A DNA stretch of 52,027 bases from Verrucomicrobiales bacterium (GCA_031411295.1 JANOAV010000050.1:1-52027); one strand, 5' to 3'. Shown: positions 7,662 to 19,019, numbered from the stretch's first letter. Translations and numbers: made by a program. Notes: generated by a model not told the origin, from the sequence alone.

Positions 7662-10303
7662 TTATCGCCATTGCTCCGCGCTGGCTTTTGCGACCTTAAA
7701 GCAACCTCCAGAGGGTAATTGGCAATAGATGGTGATGATGGAGGAGCGGCGCGTGCGGTAAGCGGTCAGTCCGTGGATGTTACCCTGGAGATGACGGAAG
7801 ATTTTGTAGCACAGCGCATAGATGGTGCCGGGGGTGTCATGGAGGCTTTCAAAGCGGAGGCAGCACTGGCCTGGTCGGACCTCTGTCAGCGTGCAAGTGC
7901 CATCGGTGACCGGGAGTGCCGCTGCGTCCTCGGGCGCAAGGTGGCTTCGTTGCAGGATGGCCTGCTCCACGGATTTAGTGAGTTCACGCGGCAGCGGCGT
8001 TCCTCCCGTGTGGAGATGGAAAAAGTCGAGCGCCAAACCCTGCTTTGAAGCCGAGAAGAGATGCGCCTGCTGCAACTCGATCCCCCGCTGCCACAACTCA
8101 CCGCTGATGCAGGCAGCCAGTCCTGGCCAGTCCCAAGCGGCCACTCCCAGCATGGTAGAGGTGACATCCTGCAGTAGTGCGGCCTTGGGGGCAGCCTGCT
8201 TTCCTTCACCGAGGATTCGGAGGAGGTGAGAGCCAAAGCGAGCGGCATGGTGGCGATAAGTGCCGCCCAGTAATGCGGGGCCGAAACCTCCTAGAATCGC
8301 GAATTCCTCGTCCCCCAGTCCTTGATGACGCCACTCTTGCGCGTGGTCGCTTCCGGCTGAGGGCTGGAAAACCTGAACCGTCTTGTGGTAAAGTTCCCTG
8401 GTAAGGAACCAGCGCGATGGATGGGTGGCGGCGGACTCCCATTTGCTGCGATCCGCACACGTAAAGACAAAGAGGGCACGCAGCCGCTGGATATCTCCGC
8501 AGAGATTAGCGAGGGACTGCACTTCCTTTTCTGAACTCATACCGGCCCGCGAAAGGTCCTTCAATACCCGGCGGTTAGTCACTAAAAATCGGGTGACCTC
8601 CAGCGTTATTTTGGAAAACCCGCACGACTCCTCCCAGCCGATATAATAATCCGCCAAGGGGATCCCGGAGAATCCTGAAACAGTGCCGTCCGGCAAACGT
8701 TGATCGGCCTCGCCAGACTCGTTTTCATCGGAGGGCGAGAGTGGAAGTCGCTTGGTCTTCAATGCCAATTTGATGGCGGTCAGATGATCTGAATCCAGCA
8801 CGGTGGTGACCAGCGCCACCCTTAACGTTTCGTCGGTGTTTGCGACTTGGGTTGAGGAGGTGACGCCCTCCTTGTTTCGTTCCCTGCCCAGCTCCACGAA
8901 CTCCTCCAAGGCACGCATCTTCTGACGCTCCAGAGGCCCGCGCATGAATTCGCCTTCGGTCATCACGCGTTCATCCAGTGATGTCTCGAATTTCCCATAA
9001 CCAGGAAAGGGACGAGCGACGGCACCATCGACCTTGGAAAGAAACTCAAAGGCGTTGGCCAAACTCCCCCTAACCTCTTGAAACAGCATCCCCACTTCTG
9101 GCACTTGCACCATCCAGTCGCCCGCATTGAGGAAAGTCCCCTGCATCTCCGAGGGAGCCACTGGCAAACCATAGCGCTGAGCGGTCAGTAATAATGACAA
9201 GGCACGCCGACTGCGTTCCTGAGGGGCGGCGTCATGCGGCAGCCGCAAGCTATAAAGCCCGCTGGCCCCGAAGATAATTGGGCCACCCGGTGCAACGCAG
9301 CGCCCGTCATGCAACTCCCGTTCAATGATGCCACGCGAAAAACTGGCCAATCGCCTACGCGCCGAAAGGATGCGCGACCGCACCTCGTTGGCAAAGTCAA
9401 AGCGCTCGCTCTCGGACACGTCCATTCCCAACATGTCGCCAAACGAAGTGAAATCATCAAAGTTCATCACATCTTCCGCATGGTTTCCCAGCGCATTGGC
9501 TCGCCCTCCTGGCGGCCGACGCAAGTGGATCCAACTGCGGATGCGCAGCAGAAAATGATAGGCTTTTAAATCGCGAGCATCATCGAGTTCGGGGTAAATT
9601 TCGTGACTATGCCGAAATTCCTTTCCGCCCAGCGTCCACACCCCCCCCCGAGGAAGAGGCGCAGCCCATCGTTCTTGATGTCGAAGCTTTTAATGTATTC
9701 ACTCTTCTCACCCGCTGCTTCCCATTGAGTTTTCCAGGCATTGCGAACGTGGAGAAAGTGCTCGAACGGGTCGTAACTGTCGCGGATCTTCTGCCGCAAT
9801 TTTCCCGTCAACCCCGTGGGGTCATAGACCGGGTGCAGGTCCAGGAAGGCATTGAGTTGTTTATCCTCCAGTTCGTGAACGTGATGCAGGCCAAAGGGAA
9901 ATGCCGTGCATTGGAATCCGTAATGTTCCTCGAACTCGGTCGTGTGCATCGTCTGCTTCATCAACGCGTCGAGAAAGCTGTTCTCGACCACATCATCCTC
10001 AAATAGAAAAGCGAGATCCAGATCCGAACAGGGCGTCACCTCACCCCGTCCCGTGCCGCCCAGCGCCACCACCGCGAACGGTCGGTCATAGCCGAGCGTT
10101 CGCTGCTGGGCTTCGGCCCATCCGGCCACCAGAGTCGTATAAATGGCCGTGCGGGCCGCGGTGATGGACTCCCCGTGGTCCAGTTTAGGCGTAAGGATCT
10201 GGGCATTGTTTTCCGCGATCATTTGCCGATAGGCCTGCAACGGACCGACCTGATTAACCAGTTTTTGGATCCTGGCAATGAAATCAATGGGTAAGTGGTC
10301 CAT
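7662..10303 (-). pseudogene. GlnD-like [protein-PII] uridylyltransferase family protein, split by a frameshift in a G9 tract (9641-9649)
   Basis: 5' ORF has the nucleotidyltransferase motif VVALGGTGRGEVTPCSDLDL. 3' ORF has LRALFVFTCAD and two ACT-like domains (DWPGL, DTPGT). The frames join if the G run is 7 or 10 long. Confidence 0.8.
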
Positions 10304-10409
10304 CGGGCAGGAGAAAGCGGCGTTGCGTCCAGGTCTTTTGCGTCCTATCCCATTTGCGCAAAACCTAATTGGATAGTTGTCACCTTTGTAGAATCAACGA
10401 GTTGAGAGA

Positions 10410-10481
10410 AGCCGGTGATAGGAATTGAACCTACGACCCGCGCATTACGAATGCGCTGCTCTACCGCTGAGCTACACCGGC
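10410..10481 (-). tRNA. tRNA-Thr(CGT)
   Basis: GCCGGTGTAGCTCAGCGGTAGAGCAGCGCATTCGTAATGCGCGGGTCGTAGGTTCAATTCCTATCACCGGCT folds as a cloverleaf with anticodon CGT; CCA not encoded. Confidence 0.97.
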
Positions 10482-10494
10482 GTGAAGGAGAGGT

Positions 10495-10522
10495 AGTTTA
10501 ATTGGGCTTGAGCTACTGTCAA
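10495..10522 (-). promoter_or_regulatory. sigma70-type promoter of tRNA-Thr
   Basis: TTGACA-N16-TAAACT ending 13 nt upstream of the tRNA 5' end. Confidence 0.7.
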
Positions 10523-10588
10523 GGTGTGTGGGGAAATTTTCATGGGCACGGGCATGACGGTTTGGTTACCAATCTCTTTGGGGAAGGA

Positions 10589-10617
10589 TTGACTATCGGG
10601 TGACAATTCCGTAAGAT
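10589..10617 (+). promoter_or_regulatory. sigma70-type promoter of the NHL-repeat gene
   Basis: TTGACT-N17-TAAGAT, 38 nt upstream of ATG 10656. Confidence 0.6.
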
Positions 10618-10655
10618 TTGACTGTATCTCCGGTTTATTCCCCCTCCCCTCCTCA

Positions 10656-12083
10656 ATGAACATTACGCTGACCCGACTGGTGGGTTTGATTTCTCTGCTT
10701 GCCTCTGCGGCGGGCTGGTCGGTCCCCCCTGCAGCCGCCACTGCGGAGTGGAATGCATTGCTGGCGACATGCGGGACGCTCACGACAGTGGCTGGGAATG
10801 GGGTGGTGGGCGCGCTGGATCCGGATAACAATGACTGGGCGCCCGAGTTTGAAAATGGCTCGGCGTTGGTTGCGAATCTTTCAAATCCGCACATGGCGCA
10901 GGCGGATGCGCTGGGCAATATTTACATCGCAGACAAGGCCAGCGACTCGGTGCTGAAGGTGACCCCTGATGGAAAGATCCACACTTGGGCCGGGACGCAC
11001 GTGGGCGGCTTCAATGGTGACGGTCCGGCGTTGGGAACCACGCTGCAGTTGAGTCAACCGAATGGACTCTTTGTGGTGCCCGATGGGACTGTGTTTATCT
11101 ATGATCCTGGAAATCAACGAATCCGCAAAATTTCGCCAACCGGGCAGATGAGCACGGTCATCCACGACACGGATTCCCGCTGGGCTTCGTCTGGTCGAGG
11201 GCTCTGGGTGAATCAGGCGCAGTCGGTGATTTACTATACGATGGAGGTCGTTAATTCTTCGGGAATCAAGTTCGGGGGCGTGGTGAAAAAATGGTCCGCC
11301 AGCACAAATACGATTCAGGCGATTACCCGCTATCCATCCAACCCAACGGCATCCACATTGGAGTTTAAGAATCCAGGGAACATCGATGTGAATCCCGTGG
11401 ATGGGAAATTGTATGTCACGGATCGAGCGGAGGATGATACCACTCCGACGCGCTCGAAGGTGTGGCGCATTGATGTGCAGGGTGTGAATGGCAGCATTTC
11501 GACGAAGACGGCCGTGGCAGGCAGCGGAGTGAGCACCATTCCTGGAGGTGATGGCGAATTGGCGACAGCTACGTTTCTCGATGAAGTGCGGGGGATTTCC
11601 TTTCTCGCAAACGGTGCGTATTTCCTCGTGACGCATCAGGGTGGGGATGTGTGGTATACTGATACTTTTGGGTATATCCATTTGTTTATCATGGGTCGGG
11701 GCGGCAGAGATTTGGTGCTGGGAGAAGGCAGTGCGTTACCCATTACGACCTACGAAGCTATCAGCGAACCGCGTTCGGTGATGGTGGCGCCTAACGGCTC
11801 TATCATCATCGTCAGTAACGACTCTGGAATCGTTAGAAAAGTAACGCGCACGCCGACGATTGTTCCGCCGAGCATCATTGACTGCAGTTTCCCCACCGCC
11901 ACCAGTTGGCGTTTGCGGTGGAACAGCGAGGTCGGGCGAACGTATCTCGTGGAGCGCAGCACGAATCTGCAAACGTGGTCGGTCAAGCAAGTCGTGACTG
12001 CCACGACCACGTTGTCCACCTATCTTGAGACACTGCCTGGCTCCGAGCAGCGGGCCTTCTGGAAGATTAGCCCGCCCAAATGA
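10656..12083 (+). CDS. Secreted NHL-repeat beta-propeller protein with C-terminal beta-sandwich domain
   Basis: Signal peptide; LSNPHMAQADALGNIYIAD, GFNGDGPA, LSQPNGL repeats; C-terminal LRWNS..TYLVERSTNL..W..FWKI. Confidence 0.85.
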   Translation: MNITLTRLVGLISLLASAAGWSVPPAAATAEWNALLATCGTLTTVAGNGVVGALDPDNNDWAPEFENGSALVANLSNPHMAQADALGNIYIADKASDSVLKVTPDGKIHTWAGTHVGGFNGDGPALGTTLQLSQPNGLFVVPDGTVFIYDPGNQRIRKISPTGQMSTVIHDTDSRWASSGRGLWVNQAQSVIYYTMEVVNSSGIKFGGVVKKWSASTNTIQAITRYPSNPTASTLEFKNPGNIDVNPVDGKLYVTDRAEDDTTPTRSKVWRIDVQGVNGSISTKTAVAGSGVSTIPGGDGELATATFLDEVRGISFLANGAYFLVTHQGGDVWYTDTFGYIHLFIMGRGGRDLVLGEGSALPITTYEAISEPRSVMVAPNGSIIIVSNDSGIVRKVTRTPTIVPPSIIDCSFPTATSWRLRWNSEVGRTYLVERSTNLQTWSVKQVVTATTTLSTYLETLPGSEQRAFWKISPPK

Positions 12084-12088
12084 TCATG

Positions 12089-15000
12089 TCAGAGCCAGCG
12101 CTCCAGTTGCTCCAGCAAGGCAGGAGATTCGCGAACGCTATAGCGATGGCTGGCGATGAGTTTCACGCTTTCCTGGCCCATGCGCCTGATGGTTAAATGC
12201 ACCGGGGTGGAACCCGGGAACTCACAGAGAATCCGTTGGATGCGATGCAGCGTAATGATGTCATCATTATTGGCATCCAATTGGAGGGTCAGGATATTTA
12301 CCCCATTCTGATCGCGATCGGCCGCATCGGGATCCTCGTGATGCGCGGGATCGACGGCGGCAGAGGCCTCGCCTGGATTGCCCATGGGCAGTGGCTTGGC
12401 GGCACTGGCGATGAGTTGCACGCCGTCAGAGCGGGAGTCTAATTCGACCTTGGCTTGGATTTCCATGGCCGTGCCCTTGATGAGGAGTTTGCCAATTTTA
12501 TCCCAATCTTCCCCCCAGACGATAATTTCATTCTGGCCGGTAAAATCTTCCCCGATGAGGATGGCGAACTGTTTGCCGCTCTTGGTATATTTCACGGTCA
12601 CGGCATTGAGGAAAACACCGAGTTTCACCTTCTTGCCTTTGAGCCGCGCCTTGTTATCCACCAAGGTTCCGATTTTCTGGTAACTGGCATTTTGCAACGC
12701 TGGCCGCCAGGGATCCAACGGGTGGCCACTCACGTAGAAACCTAGCAACTCCTTTTCATGCTGCAGCGTGTCGCTCATGGACCACGGTTCCACGGCGGGG
12801 CCACTGTCATCGACTGGCGCTGGTGCCATCGTGCTGAAGTCCTCTTCCTCCCCAAACAAACTGATTTGGCCGCTCGCTTTATCTTTCTGCGCGGAGGCTC
12901 CGCCGGCCACGATTTGATCAATGCGGGAAAACAACAAGGCGCGATTTTTCTCACAGAAATCAAACGCTCCAGCCTTGATCAAGCTTTCCAGCACTCGCTT
13001 ATTCACGGCCCGACTGTCCACCCGACGCGCGAAATCCTCCGCAGATTTGAATGGTCCATTGGCCTCGCGTTCACTGATCATCATGTCCACCACGGCCTCC
13101 CCCACCCCTTTGATGGCGGCCAGACCGAAGCGGATACCGTTCGGTTTCCCCTCACGAATCTCCGGCACGAACTTGGGCATGGAATGATTCACGTCCGGCG
13201 GCAGGAGGTCGATCCCCATGTTCTTGCACTCGTTCACGAAGATCGTGATTTTGTCCATGTTGCTGAGCGCCAAGCTCAGCAACCCACACATAAATTCCAC
13301 CGGATAATTGGCCTTTAGATAAGCCGTCCGATAACTAATCATGCCATACGCTGCAGAGTGGGATTTATTGAATCCGTAACCCGCAAACTTCTCCAGCAAA
13401 TCGAAAATCTCGTTCGCCAACTTCTCCTTGATGCCATTGACGCGCTCACAGCCTTCGACGAACTTGGCCCGTTGCTTGGCCATTTCCTCCACTTTCTTCT
13501 TACCCATGGCTCGGCGGAGCAAGTCAGCGTCTCCCAGGGTGAAGCCCGCCAAAAAACTGGCGGCCTGCATCACCTGCTCTTGATAAATCATGATGCCGTA
13601 GGTCTCGGAACTTACTTGTTCCAGCAACGGGTGTTCATAAATGACCTTTTTCTTGCCCTTCTTGCGCTCAATGTAATCTGGAATCAACTCCATTGGACCG
13701 GGCCGATACAGCGCGATCAACGCAATAATATCCTCAATCCGATCCACCCCGAATTGCTTACAAAGATTCACCATGCCGCCAGATTCAAGCTGGAACACCC
13801 CGCACGTTTCCCCGCGATTCAACAAGGCAAAGGTATTGGCATCATCCAGGGGAATCTGGTCGGTGCGGAATCCAGGCGTGTGGCGATGGATCAAATTTTC
13901 CGCTTCCTGAATGATCGTTAGGGTAGTCAGTCCCAGGAAGTCCATCTTGAGCATCCCCACATCCGTGAGTGGCCCCATGGCATATTGAGTAACGACTTCG
14001 CCTTCCTTACCGGCCGTCAGCGGGATGTGCTCCGCCAAATCACAATCCCCGATGACCACCCCCGCCGCGTGCACCCCCGTGCCTCGCGTTAGGCCTTCAA
14101 GGTAGTTGGCGGTCTCATAGAGTCGGGCAATCGCGGGGTCCTTTTCGATGGCTTCTTTTAGCTCCGGATTCTTCTTCCGCGCGTCTGCCAGGGTGATGTT
14201 TAGCTCGGCGGGAATCATCTTCGCAATGCGGTCGGATTCCGTGTAGCCCAAGCCCATGACGCGACCCACATCCCGAATCACGCTCTTCGCCCCTAACGTT
14301 CCGAAGGTGATGATCTGACTAACTGAACGATTGCCATATTTCTGGCGCACGTATTCAATCACTTCTCCCCGCCGAGCCTGACAGAAGTCCACGTCCACGT
14401 CCGGCGGACTGACCCGCTCAGGGTTGAGAAATCGCTCAAAGAGCAAATTATACCGCAGCGGCTCGATGTCGGTAATTTCCAACACATAAGCCACGATGCT
14501 TCCTGCTGCAGAGCCCCGACCCGGGCCAACCGGGATGCCATTGTCTTTGGCCCATTTGATGAAGTCCCACGTGATCAAGAAGTAGGAAATGAACTTCATC
14601 CGTTGAATGATGCCCATTTCATACTCTAAACGGTCGGTAATCTTTTTATCCTGATCCACATTCTCGCCATAGCGCTTCCGCAGACCGTCCCAGCATAAGT
14701 CATGGAAATATTCCTCGCGCGTTTTGGAGCCGGGCGGGGTGTATTCGGGATATTTTTCGGACGAGGATGAATCCAGCTTGAGCTTCAATTCACAACGATC
14801 GGCAATTTCCAGCGTGGAACGAATCGCCTGAGGGACTTCCCGGAAGAGTTTCTTCATGTCCTGAGGCTTCTTGAAATAGACTTCCTTGGAGTAATGCATC
14901 CGCTTCTCATCAAACACGTTGGCACCCGTGCCAATGCAGATCATGACGTCGTGGAATTCGTGATCTTTGGCATCAAGGAAATGAACGTCGTTGGCAGCCA

Positions 15001-15694
15001 CTGGTTTGAGATTGAACTCCTTGCTCCATTCCATCAGTTGCCGATTGCACTTCATCTGGTCCTCCATGCCATGGTTGTGCATCTCCAGATAGAAATTTTC
15101 GTCAGTGTAGATGTCCCGGAAATCAGCGAGGGATTTTTTGGCCTGAGTGAGTTGGTCTCCCCGGATGAATTGATTAATTTCTCCATTCAAGCATCCGCTG
15201 AGGCAAATGATGCCGTCGCGAAACTCATGCAGCGTCTCCTTGTCCACCCGGGGCTTGTGATAGAACCCTTCCAGATGCGCTTTGGAAACCAATTTCAGTA
15301 GGCTGTGGTAACCTTTTTCGTTGGCGGCAAGCAGGGTCAGGTGGGAGGCATTTTTTCGCCCAGGCGTCGGCGTCTTATCGTGCATCGAACCCGGAGCCAG
15401 GTAGATTTCGCAGCCGATGATCGGTTTGATGCCCGCCTTCTTTGCTTCCTGATAGAACTCGATGGCACCATAGAGATTGCCATGGTCCGTCATGGCCACT
15501 GCCGGCATGCCCATCTTCTTGGCCTTGGCCATGAGTTCCGGAATCCTCACTGCCCCGTCCAACGGAGAGTATTCTGTGTGCAAATGCAGGTGAACGAAAC
15601 TGTCCGAGTCCACGGCGCGAGGAGGCGCTGGCTTCTCCTCCTTGGGAGGTGGCGGCGGTTCGGCGGCAGGAACAATTTCAGGGGTGTCACTCAT
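12089..15694 (-). CDS. dnaE: DNA polymerase III subunit alpha
   Basis: FVHLHLHTEYS PHP domain, GPGRGSAAGS, ERVSPPDVDVDF, KMDFLGL, GYGFNKSHS, EKELLGFYVSGHP. Confidence 0.99.
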   Translation of the reverse strand: MSDTPEIVPAAEPPPPPKEEKPAPPRAVDSDSFVHLHLHTEYSPLDGAVRIPELMAKAKKMGMPAVAMTDHGNLYGAIEFYQEAKKAGIKPIIGCEIYLAPGSMHDKTPTPGRKNASHLTLLAANEKGYHSLLKLVSKAHLEGFYHKPRVDKETLHEFRDGIICLSGCLNGEINQFIRGDQLTQAKKSLADFRDIYTDENFYLEMHNHGMEDQMKCNRQLMEWSKEFNLKPVAANDVHFLDAKDHEFHDVMICIGTGANVFDEKRMHYSKEVYFKKPQDMKKLFREVPQAIRSTLEIADRCELKLKLDSSSSEKYPEYTPPGSKTREEYFHDLCWDGLRKRYGENVDQDKKITDRLEYEMGIIQRMKFISYFLITWDFIKWAKDNGIPVGPGRGSAAGSIVAYVLEITDIEPLRYNLLFERFLNPERVSPPDVDVDFCQARRGEVIEYVRQKYGNRSVSQIITFGTLGAKSVIRDVGRVMGLGYTESDRIAKMIPAELNITLADARKKNPELKEAIEKDPAIARLYETANYLEGLTRGTGVHAAGVVIGDCDLAEHIPLTAGKEGEVVTQYAMGPLTDVGMLKMDFLGLTTLTIIQEAENLIHRHTPGFRTDQIPLDDANTFALLNRGETCGVFQLESGGMVNLCKQFGVDRIEDIIALIALYRPGPMELIPDYIERKKGKKKVIYEHPLLEQVSSETYGIMIYQEQVMQAASFLAGFTLGDADLLRRAMGKKKVEEMAKQRAKFVEGCERVNGIKEKLANEIFDLLEKFAGYGFNKSHSAAYGMISYRTAYLKANYPVEFMCGLLSLALSNMDKITIFVNECKNMGIDLLPPDVNHSMPKFVPEIREGKPNGIRFGLAAIKGVGEAVVDMMISEREANGPFKSAEDFARRVDSRAVNKRVLESLIKAGAFDFCEKNRALLFSRIDQIVAGGASAQKDKASGQISLFGEEEDFSTMAPAPVDDSGPAVEPWSMSDTLQHEKELLGFYVSGHPLDPWRPALQNASYQKIGTLVDNKARLKGKKVKLGVFLNAVTVKYTKSGKQFAILIGEDFTGQNEIIVWGEDWDKIGKLLIKGTAMEIQAKVELDSRSDGVQLIASAAKPLPMGNPGEASAAVDPAHHEDPDAADRDQNGVNILTLQLDANNDDIITLHRIQRILCEFPGSTPVHLTIRRMGQESVKLIASHRYSVRESPALLEQLERWL

Positions 15695-15824
15695 CAGATT
15701 TCAGCATAGGACGGGCGGCAGAGCGGTCAAGCGGATCGGTGACAGGATGCCAGAGATGGCTGAACGTTTCGGATTGGACGCGCGTTGGGCGACACGGAGT
15801 AAGACTGGGAGCGCTATTTAACGC

Positions 15825-15859
15825 AAAAACCCCGATCACCAGTTGATGATCGGAGTTTT
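15825..15859 (-). terminator. Intrinsic terminator downstream of gap
   Basis: Minus strand AAAACTCCGATCA-N8-TGATCGGGG-TTTTT. Confidence 0.75.
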
Positions 15860-15882
15860 ACTGAAACTAAATTTCCGCAGAA

Positions 15883-16938
<1,056 letters not shown>

Positions 16939-17188
16939 TTAGTTTTGGGGTGTGGGAATTTCTGTTCAATTTCAACAGGAAAGATTGCCAATAAACGGAG
17001 GCATCCTCGGAGTCAAGCCAGTGGTTACGGCAATTTGCAGCAGGAAACGAGCCCGCAGCAGACAGAAAACGAGCTTTTGAGTCTGGCCCACCACCGTCTT
17101 GCAGGCTGAAACCGTGACCGAAGCAGGCGTGATATCAGCTGGGTTCGGAACCGTTGCCGGGAGCGCGGAATTCCGAATCTGCACTATG

Positions 17189-18064
17189 TTATTGGCCAGC
17201 CAGCAGTGCTTTCAAGCGCTCTATTTCGAGGTTGGACGCCTGCACCTGTTGCTCAGCTTCTGCTAATGCTTGTTCTTTCTCTACCAGCGCTTGGGCATTC
17301 TCTGCCAACGCTATTTTCTGCTCCGCAAGCGCTTGCCGATGCTCTAAGACGGACTCCTCCGCATCGCTCAGCGCTTGGACCAAGGCTTCGCTGGGATTAA
17401 TCTCACTGGCCAAGCGGCGGGCGAGCTTTTCGTTGAAGACACATTCAATGGGGATTTGGAAACCCGGGAGAACGTGGCTTTCTAGCATTCCAGAGCGGAT
17501 CGGTGGGGTGGACGGGTAGCTGGATGCTCCCGCTGGCAACACATAAATTTCCACCGTCTCAGCCACGGTATCGACGATCCAATATTCTCCTACGCCATGC
17601 AGAGCGTAATCTTGGAACTTAATCCCACGATCTCTAGATTCCGTGCTCGGAGAAAGCACTTCGACGATTAAATCTGGCACCGGAAAGCGCAGAGTATCAC
17701 GGCTGAGTTGAGCAGTCTTCGTGAGGCCGAAGTAAACGATGTCCGGCTCATAGTCGTTCCTGGGAAATGAGGTCAGTGCCTTCTCCAGATAGACCGCTCC
17801 GCACTCCTGGGTATGCACAAAGGCTGCCAGCAATTGATAAAGATTTCCCGAGGCATCCAAGTGCCGCAAAAGCGCTGGCGAGTGCAGGATCACTTCTCCG
17901 TTGATGAACTCCCATTTGTGTTCGGGAGTAATATCATTGAGGAACTTTTTCCGAATCGCCTGTTCCGCAGCAAACGCCCGCTGCCCCTGCTCCAGAAGTT
18001 CTGGGAGCGCAGGGGAGGCAAGCAAGGATTCTAGAGTGGCGACTTGGCTCATGTGCCTAAGCAT
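17189..18064 (-). CDS. Uma2/DUF820 family PD-(D/E)xK endonuclease-like protein with coiled-coil tail
   Basis: EFINGEV, EPDI, PDLIVEVLSPST, DRGIKFQDY, GVGEYWIVD. Start may be 18052. Confidence 0.9.
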   Translation of the reverse strand: MLRHMSQVATLESLLASPALPELLEQGQRAFAAEQAIRKKFLNDITPEHKWEFINGEVILHSPALLRHLDASGNLYQLLAAFVHTQECGAVYLEKALTSFPRNDYEPDIVYFGLTKTAQLSRDTLRFPVPDLIVEVLSPSTESRDRGIKFQDYALHGVGEYWIVDTVAETVEIYVLPAGASSYPSTPPIRSGMLESHVLPGFQIPIECVFNEKLARRLASEINPSEALVQALSDAEESVLEHRQALAEQKIALAENAQALVEKEQALAEAEQQVQASNLEIERLKALLAGQ

Positions 18065-18206
18065 AGCTTAGGATGTTGCGGAAATCAATCCTTTGCTGAG
18101 GGAAACAAGGGGCTGCCCTGCCTCATCCGCCCAGGCGGGTTCGATGTTTTTTTGCGGGAGACAGATTGAACACGCAACGCCCTAAACGGTCGAATGCGGG
18201 ACCGAT

Positions 18207-19019
18207 ATGCCAAGCTCAGCCTCTCAGCCGACCAAAATACCTCCTACTAAAGCGCGCCAAAAGCTCCTCGCTTTGATTTTGCTGGTCGTTGGGTTGATTT
18301 TTTCTCTCTGGTATTTTCCGTCCCAAAAGGTCGCAGAATTTCCTTCAGGCTTAAAGACTTCATCCACCGCACCCATTGAGATCCCCGCACCATCGAAAGA
18401 AGCCGGTCCGGCTTTCGATGCCATCTCATTGTCATCAAGCCCAATTCAGGATCCTAACGCGCTAGCGGAATCGACAGATCTCGCTTCGATCTCCCTCATC
18501 CCGGTCGCCTCGACTTCATCCAGCCCACCGCTAACGCCCTCCCAGCCTTCTTCTCGTCATGCCGGACCACTGAAAATTGGGGTTCTGAATTTCGACCGCA
18601 TCTACCGAGAGTATCACGGCACGGCAGCAGGAGAAAAGGTGTTAGATCAGGAAAAAGAAAAGGCAAGGGTTGAGGTCGATAAGCGACTGTTGCAATTCAA
18701 CCGATTGCGGGATGAGTTCAACGCTCAGCTAAAGCTGGGAACTACGCCAACAACCAAGGTCGAAGATCTGGTGCAAGTTCGCAAAGATATCTTGGATTTC
18801 TCCGCCCAGCGCCAGGCTGACATTGCAAAACAACTCGAGCGTATGCGCAGCGCCATACTTGCAGAGTTGCAGGCGATTGTGACAAAAGTTGCGGTTCAGG
18901 ACGGGTATGACTTGGTCTTAGACAAATCAGGGCGCTCCGCCAGTGGCATCGAGATCCTGCAATCCTCCCTAGTTGGGATCGATTTTACGGATGCCGTTCT
19001 GGCGAGAGCGAATCCGTAA
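18207..19019 (+). CDS. OmpH/Skp-family protein with N-terminal TM segment and Ser/Pro-rich linker
   Basis: KIGVLNFDRI..., coiled coil, GYDLVLDKSG, DFTDAVL. Confidence 0.8.
   Translation: MPSSASQPTKIPPTKARQKLLALILLVVGLIFSLWYFPSQKVAEFPSGLKTSSTAPIEIPAPSKEAGPAFDAISLSSSPIQDPNALAESTDLASISLIPVASTSSSPPLTPSQPSSRHAGPLKIGVLNFDRIYREYHGTAAGEKVLDQEKEKARVEVDKRLLQFNRLRDEFNAQLKLGTTPTTKVEDLVQVRKDILDFSAQRQADIAKQLERMRSAILAELQAIVTKVAVQDGYDLVLDKSGRSASGIEILQSSLVGIDFTDAVLARANP

Noticed and set aside
1..10410. Genomic island integrated at the tRNA-Thr 3' end
   Set aside because: Accessory-type genes lie downstream of the tRNA, but no integrase or duplicated tRNA 3' end is visible in the window; it cannot be excluded beyond the left edge.
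12089..15694. Intein or split dnaE; odd YSPLDG instead of YSLLDG
   Set aside because: Length is normal, motifs are contiguous and no intein signatures are seen. The single substitution is not interpretable by eye.
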